A DNA stretch of 64,000 nucleotides from Prasinococcaceae sp. CCMP 1430. Taxonomy: Eukaryota; Plantae; Prasinodermophyta. The DNA lies in contig RQSC01001079.1 in assembly GCA_013416795.1 (NCBI GenBank), positions 208,861 to 272,860 on the forward strand. The letters run 5' to 3'. This document shows positions 50,561-61,334 of the stretch, piece after piece. The stretch's first letter is position 1; each line of letters begins with the position of its first letter. Position numbers and translations under genes: made by a program. The notes below the pieces were generated by a model. That model did not search any database. It saw nothing but the letters and a program-made list of their open reading frames with translations, and was not told the DNA's origin.

Positions 50561-51098
50561 CGTGAGCGTCGCGTGCGCGCGTGGGTGGAAGGTGGGGGGC
50601 ACCGCCGGGCGGGGAGGAGGCGGGGGTTGTGTGGTGCGCCAGGCGAAAGCGCGTCGCCGCGTGAGCATGGGATGGGAGCCGGCGAGGCCGCGACGGCGTC
50701 AGCGCGGAGGAGCGGGCGAGGGTGCGAGGGCGCCGCGTTCTCCCCTCCCTCTCTCTACCGCCGCGCCCGCGCGCCCGCTCGGGCCGCTTTCGCCTGTGGC
50801 TCGCGCAGCTCGTGGCTGACAAACGCGTGGCTGCGAGGCGTTACGTGCGGGCGTGCTTGCACGTACGGCGACGCATCTGCTACTGCGGCACTGCCAATTA
50901 CCTCGGCTCAATCCGAATCGGCGTTCGATCGATCGACGCAGCCTGGCCACGCTTTTGGCAATGGCAGTTGCAGTGTGCCAGGGGGCGGCGAGGGGGCACG
51001 CGCGGGGCGCGCGGGGGCAAACGGCGCGCTCGCCGCGAGGCGGCGGCTGGCGCGGCCATCCCGCACGATCCCGCGCTGAGGGAGAGGACGGAGAGGCC

Positions 51099-51437
51099 AT
51101 GGCGAAGGCCGGCAGCGGGGGCTCAAGGGGCGGCGGTGACGGGGCGGCCGAAGGCGCCGGCAGAGATTGGGCGCGCTTCGCTGCGGGCGTGCAGCAGAGC
51201 GCGAGCGCCCGCAGCGGGGTCGGCATCGGGCTCTCCGCGCGGGTGCGCGTGGTGCGCATCGCCGCCGCGTGCGCCGTCGTATGGTACGCCTGGAGGTGCC
51301 TCGACGGCGGCGTAATGTACGGCAGCATCGTGGGTGGCGCGGCCGCGCTCGTGTCCTCCGACCTGCCCGCACTGATCGGCTTCAAATCGGTCGCGGGCAC
51401 TACCCGCGACGCCAAGCAGAGAGACAGCGGCGGCTAA
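51099..51437 (+). CDS. Hypothetical small membrane protein
   Basis: ATG-initiated 112-aa ORF with two hydrophobic segments; no family recognised. Confidence 0.4.
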   Translation: MAKAGSGGSRGGGDGAAEGAGRDWARFAAGVQQSASARSGVGIGLSARVRVVRIAAACAVVWYAWRCLDGGVMYGSIVGGAAALVSSDLPALIGFKSVAGTTRDAKQRDSGG

Positions 51438-51549
51438 GGTCGCGAAGAAGGGCACACGAGCGAGCGCGGGCGCACGCAACAACAAGTGACGCGTATGTAC
51501 TTCCACTCGTATACTGTACTGCGGTTGCGCGAAGAGCGCAGAAGACTCG

Positions 51550-53569
51550 TCATGGGGCCGCGAGCTCGTCTTGCATGATCTGGGCGTCCGCTAGGTCGAT
51601 GGTTCCGTCTTCGTTGAGGTCGAGCGCGATCTCCTGGCAGGCGGTCAGGGAAGCCTCCTTGAGCACTACTCGTACGAGCGAGACGATGTCTGTCACTGTC
51701 ATCTGCCCGTTGCCGTCGGCATCACCTCGCACAGGGGGGGTCATGCCACAGCACGGGCGGTTGGACACCGGCGAGGTGATCTGGGCTTCGCGCTCCGCGC
51801 ACACGGTCGAGGCGGTCACCAGCTCAAAGGGGGAGCCGTCGCCACCAGGCGAGTCGTCGCCGGCGAGCACCCCCTCGTGAAACTGGAGCACCTCGTTCTC
51901 AGTAAGCCCCGTATCCCACACCGCCACGTGCGCCAGCTGTCCGCTGAAGCGACGATCGCCATTCAGGTTGAGCGGCGTGCACAGGTGCATCTGGCCCTCG
52001 GGCAGGAACGGCCTGCCCGTGTAGCCCGTCGAACCTGCCAGCAGGCCCGAGAAGCGTCCATCCACGAAGAATCGCAGGCCGGGGAGGCCGGCAACATTCG
52101 CGAGCCGCGCCGAGGGCACGTCCGGGAGCTGCGGGGTGGCCACGATGACTAGCGAGTGCCACTCGCCATCGAATATGTTGATGTGCCCCGGCGAAACGCG
52201 CTGGTCGTTGCTGGTGCGCAGGCCATCTGTGTCGAAGTATATGGTCTCACCGATCGCGCCCTGGTCGGACACGACTGCGCGCACGACGCCTCCAGCGGAG
52301 TGGGCCTTCTCAGGAAGGTAGAGGGCAATGTTGTTGGGGCCCCACACGCCAGTCACGTTTTCGGTGGACAGCCCGCTGCCGTGCGACAACAGGTACTCGA
52401 AGACAAATTCGTCGATACCAGAGAGGTCCTTGAAGAACAAGCCAATGGTGAACTCGCCCGAGGCACCGTAGTCGGCGCCGGTGATGTTGAGCAGCGCGTG
52501 CGCGCCGCCGCCGTCCGCCACTTCGGTGCCGTTGGGCAGGGTCTCTGAGCAGCGCAGCGTCTGCCCGAAGATCTCGTCGGACTCCCAAGTTGCGCCCTGC
52601 ACGGCGGACAGAGACGGCATTTCAATGAGCAGGCCACCGGTGAGGCGAGCGCGACCGCCGCCAGGGGTGCGCATTTGCAAGGTCAGTCACGAGCGGGGTG
52701 CGACGAGATAGCGAAATGAAAGTTTGTCACAAGAGTGGTCGCTTGCGGAGAGCGTCAGTAGCTCTCTCTGCAAACGCACCATTCCGACCATTTCGCCTGA
52801 AAAGCGCTTCCCGCCGCTGCCTGTCCCGCCCAAGGCCACGCCGAAGCCCTCGTTCAAGGGGAAGTACGCCGTGGGCGGGCGCAGCGACTCTTGCGCCTCG
52901 TCGCTGCTGCTCGCCTCACCAGCAGCGTCACTGCAGGCGGGGCGCCCCCACCGGCAAGCGCGCGCGTCGTCGGTCAGCTCGAAGTGGGCGGCGCTCAGAA
53001 AGCGGTGTACGCGAGGGCCGTGCCAGACATCGCATGCGCTCATCGCGCGAGGGTCGTGGGGTGAGGCCAATGAGCGAGATGCATCGCGCGTACCAATCAC
53101 CACCGTCCATCGCGAAGGCGTCGCAGTTCCAGTCGATGCCTTCCTTCCCCTCCGTTTCCAGGAGAGCTCCCGTACTGACGTCGAGGCTCCCGTAGCGCCC
53201 TGCGCGCGAGGAGCACGCAGCGGTCAACTTGTCAGCACGCGTCTTCAACGAAACTGCAACGAGCCGGGCGCACAAGACAACAAGCAGCGCCGCGCACGGA
53301 CCGTTGTCGCAGATGCCGTCGCCCACCCAGGCGATGTACAAGCTCGTGATGCACCGGCCCTTGCAATCAACTGTTCCCGCCGGCGCGATTGGATTCGCGA
53401 TGGCGCACGTGGAGCCCGGTGGGACGCTGAGCACGGCCGCGCCGATTCCCGGCGGCGGGGGGATTGCCTCGCCCATTGCGCCCCCAGCGCCGGCCGATGC
53501 AACAAGCGCCGCGGTGAGGGCGCCAGCGCCCAGGGCGCGCGCGGCGCTGCCAGCAGCAGTGCGCGCCAT
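51550..53569 (-). CDS. Secreted multidomain protein: LNR/Notch-like Cys repeat + LamG/ConA-like jellyroll + C-terminal type-I dockerin-like domain; introns 53200-53301, 52931-53093, 52597-52779
   Basis: Signal-like N-terminus. Spliced WVGDGICDNG...NCDAFAMDGGDC; DGEWHSLVIV...FFVDG...FSGQLAHVAVWDTGLTENEV; GDADGNGQMTVTDIVSLVRVVL...LDLNEDGTIDLADA. All three introns are GT-AG with CTGAC branch sites. Confidence 0.75.
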
Positions 53570-54133
53570 CGCGATCACGACCGCGGACGAGTGGGGTGCC
53601 CACGGCAGGCACGCGCCCGATATGGTGCACCACCTGCGTGAGGAAAAACTCCCGCCAATAAAAGGCCGGGCTCGTGAGCGAGCCGGTGAGGAGCGAGCCC
53701 GCCCCAGCGGGTGCCGCGCTGCGCGCGCCCGCCGGCCCCGCCCGCGCCGGAGCGTCCTCTGCCCTCCCCGCGGGTGCCTGAGGCGTTACCGCCCAGGCGG
53801 GCCGTCAGGAGGCGGGGGACAGGGGCACGCGCCGCGCGCCGCTCCTCGGAGGCCGAATCCGACGCTCCAATTTTTTTTTCCCCCCCGCCCGCCCCTGCGA
53901 ACGCGCGCCGGCCGGCGGATCGATTTCGGGGCACGGCGGATCGTTTCCGCTGGAGCCGTTCTGCGAGGCGGAGCGGAAAACCGAACCGGTTCTCGAATCG
54001 AGCCCGACTGCACCTGGCTGAACCGAACTCTCCCCCTTCGCGCGTTCCGAGGCAAGGAAGGAGTTTTTTTAATGGCAACAAAAAACAAAAAATCTTAAAA
54101 TGTTAATGAAATCCTCGACTAGAAAAAAAAAGC

Positions 54134-54408
54134 GCGGGCGCACCCGCCATCGGACCGGGTGAGGCATCCGATTACCCGGGTCAATCCCAAGAGACATCCG
54201 TGCATGCCGACGCGATTGAACCCGGTACAGAGCTGGCTATCCCGGGGCAACATCGGGGGCGGTGACAATACTGTAACTGCCGAGGCTCCGCTGCCGGAGG
54301 GCGTCGCCGCCCGCCCGCCACAGGGCGGGCGGCTCTCGCCCGCCCCTGGCCCCGTGCGCCCGCCGCCTGCGCGGCGCGGCGCTCCCCAAACCCTCGCGGG
54401 TTCGTTTT
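54134..54408. ncRNA. Putative structured non-coding RNA of unknown family
   Basis: 10-bp closing helix plus at least five nested helices; T-tracts available on either strand. No match by eye to U1-U6, U3, SRP, MRP or 5S signatures. Confidence 0.35.
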
Positions 54409-54745
54409 GACCTCACGGTGCGCGTGCCGCGCGCGCGCTCCGATGGCGCCGCTGCCAATCGACACGCGGGAGCCGCTCCCGCTCCTCCGTGCGTGGTCGC
54501 GCGCGTGCGCGCGCCCGTTGTTTTCCTCGCGCTCGCGGGGAGGCCAAAAGGCGACCCTCGCGGAAACGAAAACGCGGAGCGGCCACCCGAAACTCGGCCG
54601 CCCCGGTGCCCCTGCCTTGGGAGGTCGTCGCCGTTGACGCGGTGACGTCTGCAGATCCAACGATGAACGCCCAATCAGAAGGCTCGCAGGCGCGCGCACC
54701 ACCCGATTGAACCTCGCTGTGTTCATCGAAATACAGGTAAGATAT

Positions 54746-54754
54746 AAACCCTAA
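54746..54754 (+). promoter_or_regulatory. Telo-box AAACCCTAA; related copies at 18650, 18804, 20573, 24385, 36598, 48880, 56808, 63488
   Basis: Plant telomere-like motif seen between modelled genes, mostly in intergenic or 5' regions. Confidence 0.5.
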
Positions 54755-54944
54755 TCCTAAGCCCAAATTTCGCGTTCTCGATAGGCCTCCGGGGGCGTTG
54801 GGAACCTCAACCTGCACGCGCGAGGGGGCGTTCGAACTTGCGAGGCGCGCCCGGCGCCACACCGGGCGCGCGCGCCCGGCTGGCCCAGGAGAAGCGTGGG
54901 AGGGAGGGAGGGAGGGAGCGTCGCTGCGCCTGCTCAAGGCGAGG

Positions 54945-56690
54945 ATGGCCGCGGGGCGCGAGCAGCAGCGCGCGGGCGGAGCTGCCGGCGCGACGCGCGG
55001 GGCGGGAGGTCCGAGCGCGGCAGCGGTGGCAGCGCCCTTGCCCGCCGAAGCCGCCGGTCGCTCATCATTCGGATCGGTGGTGCTGTGGCCCTCAGCCGAC
55101 TGCGAGGGCGCCTCCCTGGACGCCGCGGGCTGCGAGCTCTCGCTCGCCAGGCCACGCTCGTCGGTGAGGCGCACGCACCGCTTCTTCTCCGGCGCGGTGC
55201 CCGCGGGCTCGCCTTTCGGCGACGCGTACGAGCGCTTCGTCGACCCGGCCGTCGAGCGGGCGCTCTCCGAGGGCGAGAGCGTCTTCGTGACGGCGGCGGG
55301 GGCCAAGGGCAGCGGGAAGAGCACCGCGCTGCGCGGCGCCGGCGGCGTGATGGAGCGAATTGCGGACGCCGCGTGGGCGGGCGCGGCGGTGGCCTGCGAG
55401 GTGGGCGGGTATGCCAGCTTTCGCTGCGCGGTGAGCTGCGTGGCCGACGCCATCACCGCGCCGGTGGAGAGCCACGTCACTGGCAAAAAGTACGCGCACG
55501 AAGTCCTCTACGACGCCCTCGCGAGGCGAGCCGCGCGCGCCGAGGGCGCCACGCACGTGGGCCACCTCACGCAGAGGCTGCGCGAGCACCCCCGCTTTGG
55601 CTTCTTCCTCGACGGCCTCAGCTGGGTCGAGGCCGGCAGCCTCGCCGAGCTGCGCGCGCTCGTGCGACAGGCAGCCATCGCGTGTGAGGAGGAGGACCGC
55701 GAGGCCGCCGAGCAGCGCGAGGCCGAGAGGGGGAAGCCCGCTGCATCCAAGCGAGCGGGCGCGGCGCCGCAGGCGATGCACTTCCTGCTACGCATACGCG
55801 CCCAGCTGGAGCACGCCGACGGCACGGTGGTGCACATGGAGTGCAGCGTGGCGGACTTGCAAGGAGTCGCGCGGCCACAACCGGTGCGTCTGGCTCGCGG
55901 CGCCGCGAGCACCGGCGCGCTTGGGCGCGCCCTGCGGCGATTGACGCCGTCCTGTGCTGGGTGTGTGCTGACTGCACGCGAGTGCCGTCGCGTGCGCCCA
56001 TACGATGCACCGCCTGCGCCACGCAGCCGGCGAAGGGGCTCACCGAAGCGCAGCGAAAGGCCGCCATTGCCGCGCGACCGGCCGAGGACCCCGTCTCCGC
56101 TGGCCTGAGTCGCTGTCTGGACGCCGCCTCCGAGCGTCGCTCGCACGTTCCCCTCCGCGACTCCAAGCTCACGCGACTCTTCAAGCCCATGCTAGTGGGC
56201 TCAGCTCGAGCGATCGTTGTGCTCGCCGCGGACCTCAGCGAATTCGAGGAGACCGACGCCGCATGCGTGGGTGCGCATCGCTACGCCAAGCTTGTCGCCA
56301 AGGTGCGTCGACGGCGCGGAGCGCGCCCGCTTCGCAGACGCCACCGAGCGCGCGGCGCGCTTATGCTGACGCGCCGACGCGCCCGCACGGCGTCGCTCCG
56401 CCCCGCTGCAGGACGGCCTCCGCGCCTGCCTGGCGTCGGCGTGGAATTTCCGCGCAGAGGAGGCGATTGCTGCTGAGCGCGCAAGGGAGCTCGCCGACGC
56501 GCTTGGCTACGCGCCAGGCACCGCCGACGCGCAGAGCGCGGTCGACGTGGAGCTAGACATGCAGAGCGACGACGTGCTTGTTGCGTACCGCGACGCTCTC
56601 GCCGAGCGCGACGCCGCGCGCACCGACGCGGGCCATTGGGACGCGTCGGTGGAAGCAGGCGCGGCGGTGCGCCAGGCGCTGCTCTCTTGA
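54945..56690 (+). CDS. Divergent kinesin-like protein (two introns, ~55885-56022 and ~56304-56410)
   Basis: P-loop GAKGSGKS, REHPRFGFFLDGLS, HVPLRDSKLTRLFKPMLVG. Switch I and II are degenerate. Confidence 0.75.
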
Positions 56691-56851
56691 CGTACGTAAT
56701 TAACCCTGAATAATAAGCAAACCCGAACACCGCGTACAAACCCAAACTCCCCCCCAAGGCCACAGCAACTCAGAGTGGTTCCTGACGCCGCGATGAGAAG
56801 AAAGGTCTAACCCTAAACCTCAACGCGCTGACGAGCGTCCCCGTTTTTTGG

Positions 56852-58428
56852 ATGCGCTCATATGCTTTGCAAAGCATTTTCTCGGCCGCCGCCGCGTTTT
56901 CGCGCTCCCGACCGTCAACTGCAAAAAGCGCGTGCCCGCGCGCGCGCGCGTGGCGCTGCGTGCGCGCGGCGCACCGCGGAGGGTTTCGGGCGGCGGCTGC
57001 GCGGCGGCGGCCGCTCGCGGCGGCCACGGGCGGCGAGAGCGGTGAAAGCGGCGAGGCAGAGGGCGAGGCGTCGCCGGTGAAGAACCCGTACGGCGAGGAG
57101 ATGCCTTCGTGGTACACCGAGGAGATGCGCGCCGCCGATGAGGCACTCATTCTGCAGCAGCTCGCCGAGGGCACTGAGGAGAAACGCGCTGCGCAGGCCG
57201 AGCGCGCCGAGTTCCGCAAGCAGTTTGGGGACCTGCTCGGACAGGGTGCGTGCAGCCGTGGCGCCGCCCTGGCGCAGCGGAAGCGCGCTCGGCCGTGCAT
57301 AGCGCGTGTCGCATGCGGCCGTGTGGAGCGTCTGCGCCCTGATGGTCGCGTTGAGGTGTGCGCTTGGTGCCTTGCCGCCGCCGGCTGACCCCTCTTGCGC
57401 GCCGTTGCCGCTGGGCGCCTCGCTCGGCGTGGACAGATGGCGCCGCGAGCGAGGGCGGGGACGATGCCGCAGGCGAGGAGGATGAGCTCGACCTGGAGGA
57501 TGAAAACATCGCGGAGCTCGTGGAGAAGGACGAGCAGACGGGCACGCTGACCTTCAAGGCTCCTGACAAGCGTCGCCGCATGCGCCGCAAGGTCCGCGAG
57601 ATCGAGGCCGAATCTCAGCTTCGCTCCATTCGCTTCCCGCAGGACCAGATCTACGAGCGCGAGGAGCGCTACCAAGCGGGCGCGCAGACGAGCGAGGTGA
57701 CGGGTGGGCCCAAGACGGACGCCGAGCGCCTCACCGAGGAGGCGCGGCGCGTGGGTCTCGTGGGGGGCAAGTCCGCAAGCAAGTCGGCGGCCGCCGCGGA
57801 GGCAGAGAAGTACGTCCACATGTTTGGGATGACGTTGGAGCAACTGGACGCGTACGACGACGATGAGCTCGAGGCGCTCACGGCGTCGGTGCTCAAGGCT
57901 GCGAAGGAGGACGAGATGCCGCTCTCGGAGGCGGAGCTCGCCGAGTTGGAGCGTCTCGAGGCCGAGGCGGAGTTGGCTGAGGAGGAGGAGGCGGCCATGG
58001 CGCTGGCGGCGGAGAGCGCCGCGCCCGGTGCGGTCATCGAGGAGGACGCCTATCAGGTCGCTGCGCGCGAGGCTCGCGCGGTGGCACTCGAGCTCGCGCA
58101 GATCGCGGACGACACGAAGGCGCGCGACCTTGAGGTGGTCAACGTAGGTGAGCATCTGTACTGGTGCAATTACTGGGTGCTGCTGAGCGTCACCAGCCGT
58201 CCCCAGATGGATGCCGTCGCTGAGCGCTGCCGCAAGCGTGCGGCGGAGCTCGGGCGCGAGCTGGCGGGTGGCCGCGGCGAGACGAGGCAGAATTCGTGGA
58301 CGCTGCTTGATTTTGGCGATGTGGTGGTGCACGTCTTCACGCCGGCAGCGAGAGAATACTATGACCTGGAGGGACGCTACCCGGACGCCGAGCGCGTCGA
58401 GCTGCCCTTCGCCAGCGCTGCCCAGTAG
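56852..58428 (+). CDS. RsfS: Plastid ribosome silencing factor RsfS/Iojap with long acidic N-terminal extension; intron 57246-57436
   Basis: AQIADDTKARDLEVVNV...YWVLLSVTSRPQMDAVA...SWTLLDFGDVVVHVFTPAAREYYDLE; transit-peptide-like N-terminus. Confidence 0.88.
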
Positions 58429-59047
58429 TTGGTAGACGCGCGCCCATTCGCTCGGCTCGCGCGCACGCCGGCCTTACCGTCGGAGGTAAACACGTGACCG
58501 TCGCGTAGCACCCGCCGCTGAGGTCCACCGCCGCGCCGCGCGCCTCAGCTCCTCCTCGTGCCGGCCGCGCCGCGACGACCATGCCCGGGAGCACACGGGA
58601 GGCGGTGGGGAGCCGAGGCGCCCCCTCTTGGGAGCCCCCGGGGGCGGCTGGGCTCTGAACGCTCGTTGGCGGACCAGGTCTCGACTCGCGAGCGAACCGT
58701 GGTATTTCTGCGCTGTGCGCGGGGTCGTCGCCACGATCCCGGGTCACCCCGAATTTGACCGGGGCACTTTTCGGGTCTGCGGCCCGCGCGCAGCGCGCGC
58801 GCCACGTAAGCGCAGGCGGGGTCAGCTTTTCGCGAGCCGCCGCTTCGACGCGCGCTCGTGCGCGCGCGGACGCGCGCGTCGGGGCGGCGGTGCTGGTGAT
58901 GGAGCGGAGAGGCCGCCCAAGGCGCCGGTGGTGCATAGTCGGAAAGGAATGCGTCCAGGTGCGCCTGCGAAGTGATCACCTACGAGTGCCGCGCGCGCGC
59001 GCGTGCGCGGCAGCGGGGGCGGGTTCGAGCGAAGTAAGGGTTTGGGG

Positions 59048-61174
59048 ATGGCCGCTTGCGGGCGCGCGTCGCGCGTGGCCGGGACAGCCTCGCTCCCCGC
59101 GCCGGGCTCGGCGTCGCGCAGCACGCAGCGCTCGGCACCGCGGCGGAGGAGTCCCGCTTGCAATGCCGGACGCGCGCGGTCGCAGCCCAAGCAGCGCAGA
59201 GCGCGCGAGTCGGGTGCGGTCACAGGCTCGGATACCATCGACGACGCGCGGCGGACCGACTTTGGCGACCTGTACACGGAGAACCCGCTGCGCGTGCTGC
59301 CCATCGGCGGGCTCGGCGAGATCGGCATGAACTGCATGCTCATCGGGCACTACGACCGCTACATCATGCTTGATGCCGGTCTCATGTTCCCGGACCACGA
59401 CGAGCTGGGCATCGCGCGCGTGCTTCCTGACGTGCGCTTCATCGAGAGCTGGGCGGACAAGATCGAGGCGCTGCTCATTACGCACGGCCACGAGGACCAC
59501 ATCGGTGCCATGCCCTGGGTGGTGCCGAAGCTTGACCCCTCGTGCAAGATCTACGCCTCGCCTTTCACCATGGAGCTCGTGCAGCGCCGCATGGTCGAGC
59601 ACGGCCTGTGGGATCCGGACCGCTTCGTGACCATCGGCGTGCCCGCGACGTTCGGCCTGGGGCCTTTCGAGTGCGAGACCTTCCGCGTGACGCACTCCAT
59701 TCCCGACTGCCTTGGGATGATGCTGCGCTGCGAGGACGGCAACATCCTGCACACGGGCGACTGGAAGATTGACGAGAGCCCCATCGACGGCCTCGTGCTC
59801 GACCGCGCGGCCTTCGAGCGCTTCGGCAAGGAGGGGGTCAGCCTCATGATGTCGGACTCCACCAACGTGCTCTCGCCGGGCCGCACCACCTCGGAGAGCG
59901 ACGTCGCCGCGAGCATCATGCAGAAGGTGACCGACTTCCACCAGAGCGGGGGGCAGCGCATCATCGCCACGCAGTTCGCGTCCAACCAGCACCGCATCCG
60001 CGCCATGAAGCAGGCATGCGACGCTGTCGGGCGCAAGATGGCCTTCATCGGGCCGTCGCTGACGACGTACCTCGAGGCGGGCTGGCGGAGCGGGTTCGGC
60101 GCCTTCGACCCGTCCGAGCTCGTCGCACCGGGCGACATCAACAACTACGCGCCCAACGAGCTCTTCGTCGTCACCACGGGCTCGCAGGCCGAGCCGCGCG
60201 CGGCGCTGAACCTGGCCTCGGAGGGCGCGTCGCGCAACCTCAAGCTGCAGCCAGACGACTTCATCCTTTACTCGGCCAAGTGCATCCCGGGCAACGAGAA
60301 GCGCGTGCAGAAGATGATGAACAAGATCTCGCTGCTGGGCCCCAAGATCGCCATGGGTCGCGGCGACTGCCTGCACACGTCCGGCCACGCCTACCGCGAA
60401 GAGCAGGAGGAGATCATCCGCATGGTGCAGCCGCAGCACTTCCTGCCCGTGCACGGCGAGTACGCATTCCTGCAGGAGCACGCGGCGCTCGCGCGCCAGT
60501 GCAACGTCAAGCACACGACCGTCATCCGCAACGGGCAGATGGTCGGAGTCAAACCCATGCGCAACATCTCCGAGGTGTCCTCGTCCGCCGGGAAGGGCAT
60601 CTCGCTGCTGGACAAGTACGACGTGGACACGCTGTACAACGACGGCAACAAGGGCGTCGGCACCGCTGCCGAGATGGCGATCGACGAGCGAATGACCATC
60701 GCGTGCAACGGCGTCATCGTGTGCTCGCTCGAGGTCATAGTGCCGAAGAAGGCGCCCAAGGGCGGCGAGGAGGTGCAGTCCATCGAAAAGACGAGCAAGG
60801 GCAAGCTGCGCGCGCGCGTGCGCATGACGAGCCGGTCGATGTGGACCGACAACGGGCGCGTGCTCCGCGACCTCATCAGGGTGGCCGAGGGCTCGGTGGC
60901 CAAGCTGAGCCCGCGCGAGCGCCTCGGGGACGTCGAGCGCGTGGTGAGCCTCGCGCTGAAAAACGCGTGCTGGAAGATGCTGAAGAAGCGCACCGAGGTC
61001 ATCTGCATCGCCTTCTACGGCGACGGCCGCACGGACGACAATGGCACGGTCGTGCGTCGCAAGGGCGGCGGCGGGCGCGGCGGCGGCGGACGCGGCGGCG
61101 GGAGGGGCGGCGGGCGAGGCGGCGGGCGTGGCGGACGCGGTGGGCGCGGCGCCAAGGTGGACGTCGGCTACTGA
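59048..61174 (+). CDS. RNJ: Plastid ribonuclease J
   Basis: LRVLPIGGLGEIGMNCML, ITHGHEDHIGA, HSIPD, HTGDWKID, TTGSQAEP, HTSGHA, PVHGE; transit peptide; RGG tail. Confidence 0.95.
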   Translation: MAACGRASRVAGTASLPAPGSASRSTQRSAPRRRSPACNAGRARSQPKQRRARESGAVTGSDTIDDARRTDFGDLYTENPLRVLPIGGLGEIGMNCMLIGHYDRYIMLDAGLMFPDHDELGIARVLPDVRFIESWADKIEALLITHGHEDHIGAMPWVVPKLDPSCKIYASPFTMELVQRRMVEHGLWDPDRFVTIGVPATFGLGPFECETFRVTHSIPDCLGMMLRCEDGNILHTGDWKIDESPIDGLVLDRAAFERFGKEGVSLMMSDSTNVLSPGRTTSESDVAASIMQKVTDFHQSGGQRIIATQFASNQHRIRAMKQACDAVGRKMAFIGPSLTTYLEAGWRSGFGAFDPSELVAPGDINNYAPNELFVVTTGSQAEPRAALNLASEGASRNLKLQPDDFILYSAKCIPGNEKRVQKMMNKISLLGPKIAMGRGDCLHTSGHAYREEQEEIIRMVQPQHFLPVHGEYAFLQEHAALARQCNVKHTTVIRNGQMVGVKPMRNISEVSSSAGKGISLLDKYDVDTLYNDGNKGVGTAAEMAIDERMTIACNGVIVCSLEVIVPKKAPKGGEEVQSIEKTSKGKLRARVRMTSRSMWTDNGRVLRDLIRVAEGSVAKLSPRERLGDVERVVSLALKNACWKMLKKRTEVICIAFYGDGRTDDNGTVVRRKGGGGRGGGGRGGGRGGGRGGGRGGRGGRGAKVDVGY

Positions 61175-61334
61175 GGTGGACGTCGGCGTTTGGGCGAGAG
61201 TAATACATCATGCACCGCGGGGCCACCGCGGACACGCAGAGAGCCAGAGCACCGTCGGCGCCCGTGCGCGCGCGTGTCGCGCCAGTCCCACCACTCGGGC
61301 AAACGCTGCGCCGGAGCGCGCCTCGCGCCGCTCT

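Noticed and set aside
54226-54275. Superficial resemblance to SAM-I/IV riboswitch core (CAGAG...GGCAAC...GGTGAC) and to twister ribozyme words (TAAC...GGAGGG)
   Set aside because: The P1 AUC/GAU SAM-binding pairs and the twister P4/pseudoknot elements are absent. Retained only as part of the unassigned structured element.
54384-54402. CCAAACCCT as a possible telomerase RNA template
   Set aside because: It does not give ~1.5 copies of a TTTAGGG-complementary template, sits in a local hairpin at the 3' end, and no USE/TATA type-3 promoter is recognisable.
54731-54745. U1 snRNA-like 5' end (ATCTTACCTG on minus)
   Set aside because: It is the reverse complement of a CAG|GTAAGAT splice-donor-like site; no U1 stem-loops or Sm site follow.
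58474-58936. Small minus-strand ORFs between RsfS and RNase J (KYHGSLASR... resembling ribosomal protein S30)
   Set aside because: Similarity is limited to a few residues, there is no ATG start in that frame, and no consistent splice model.
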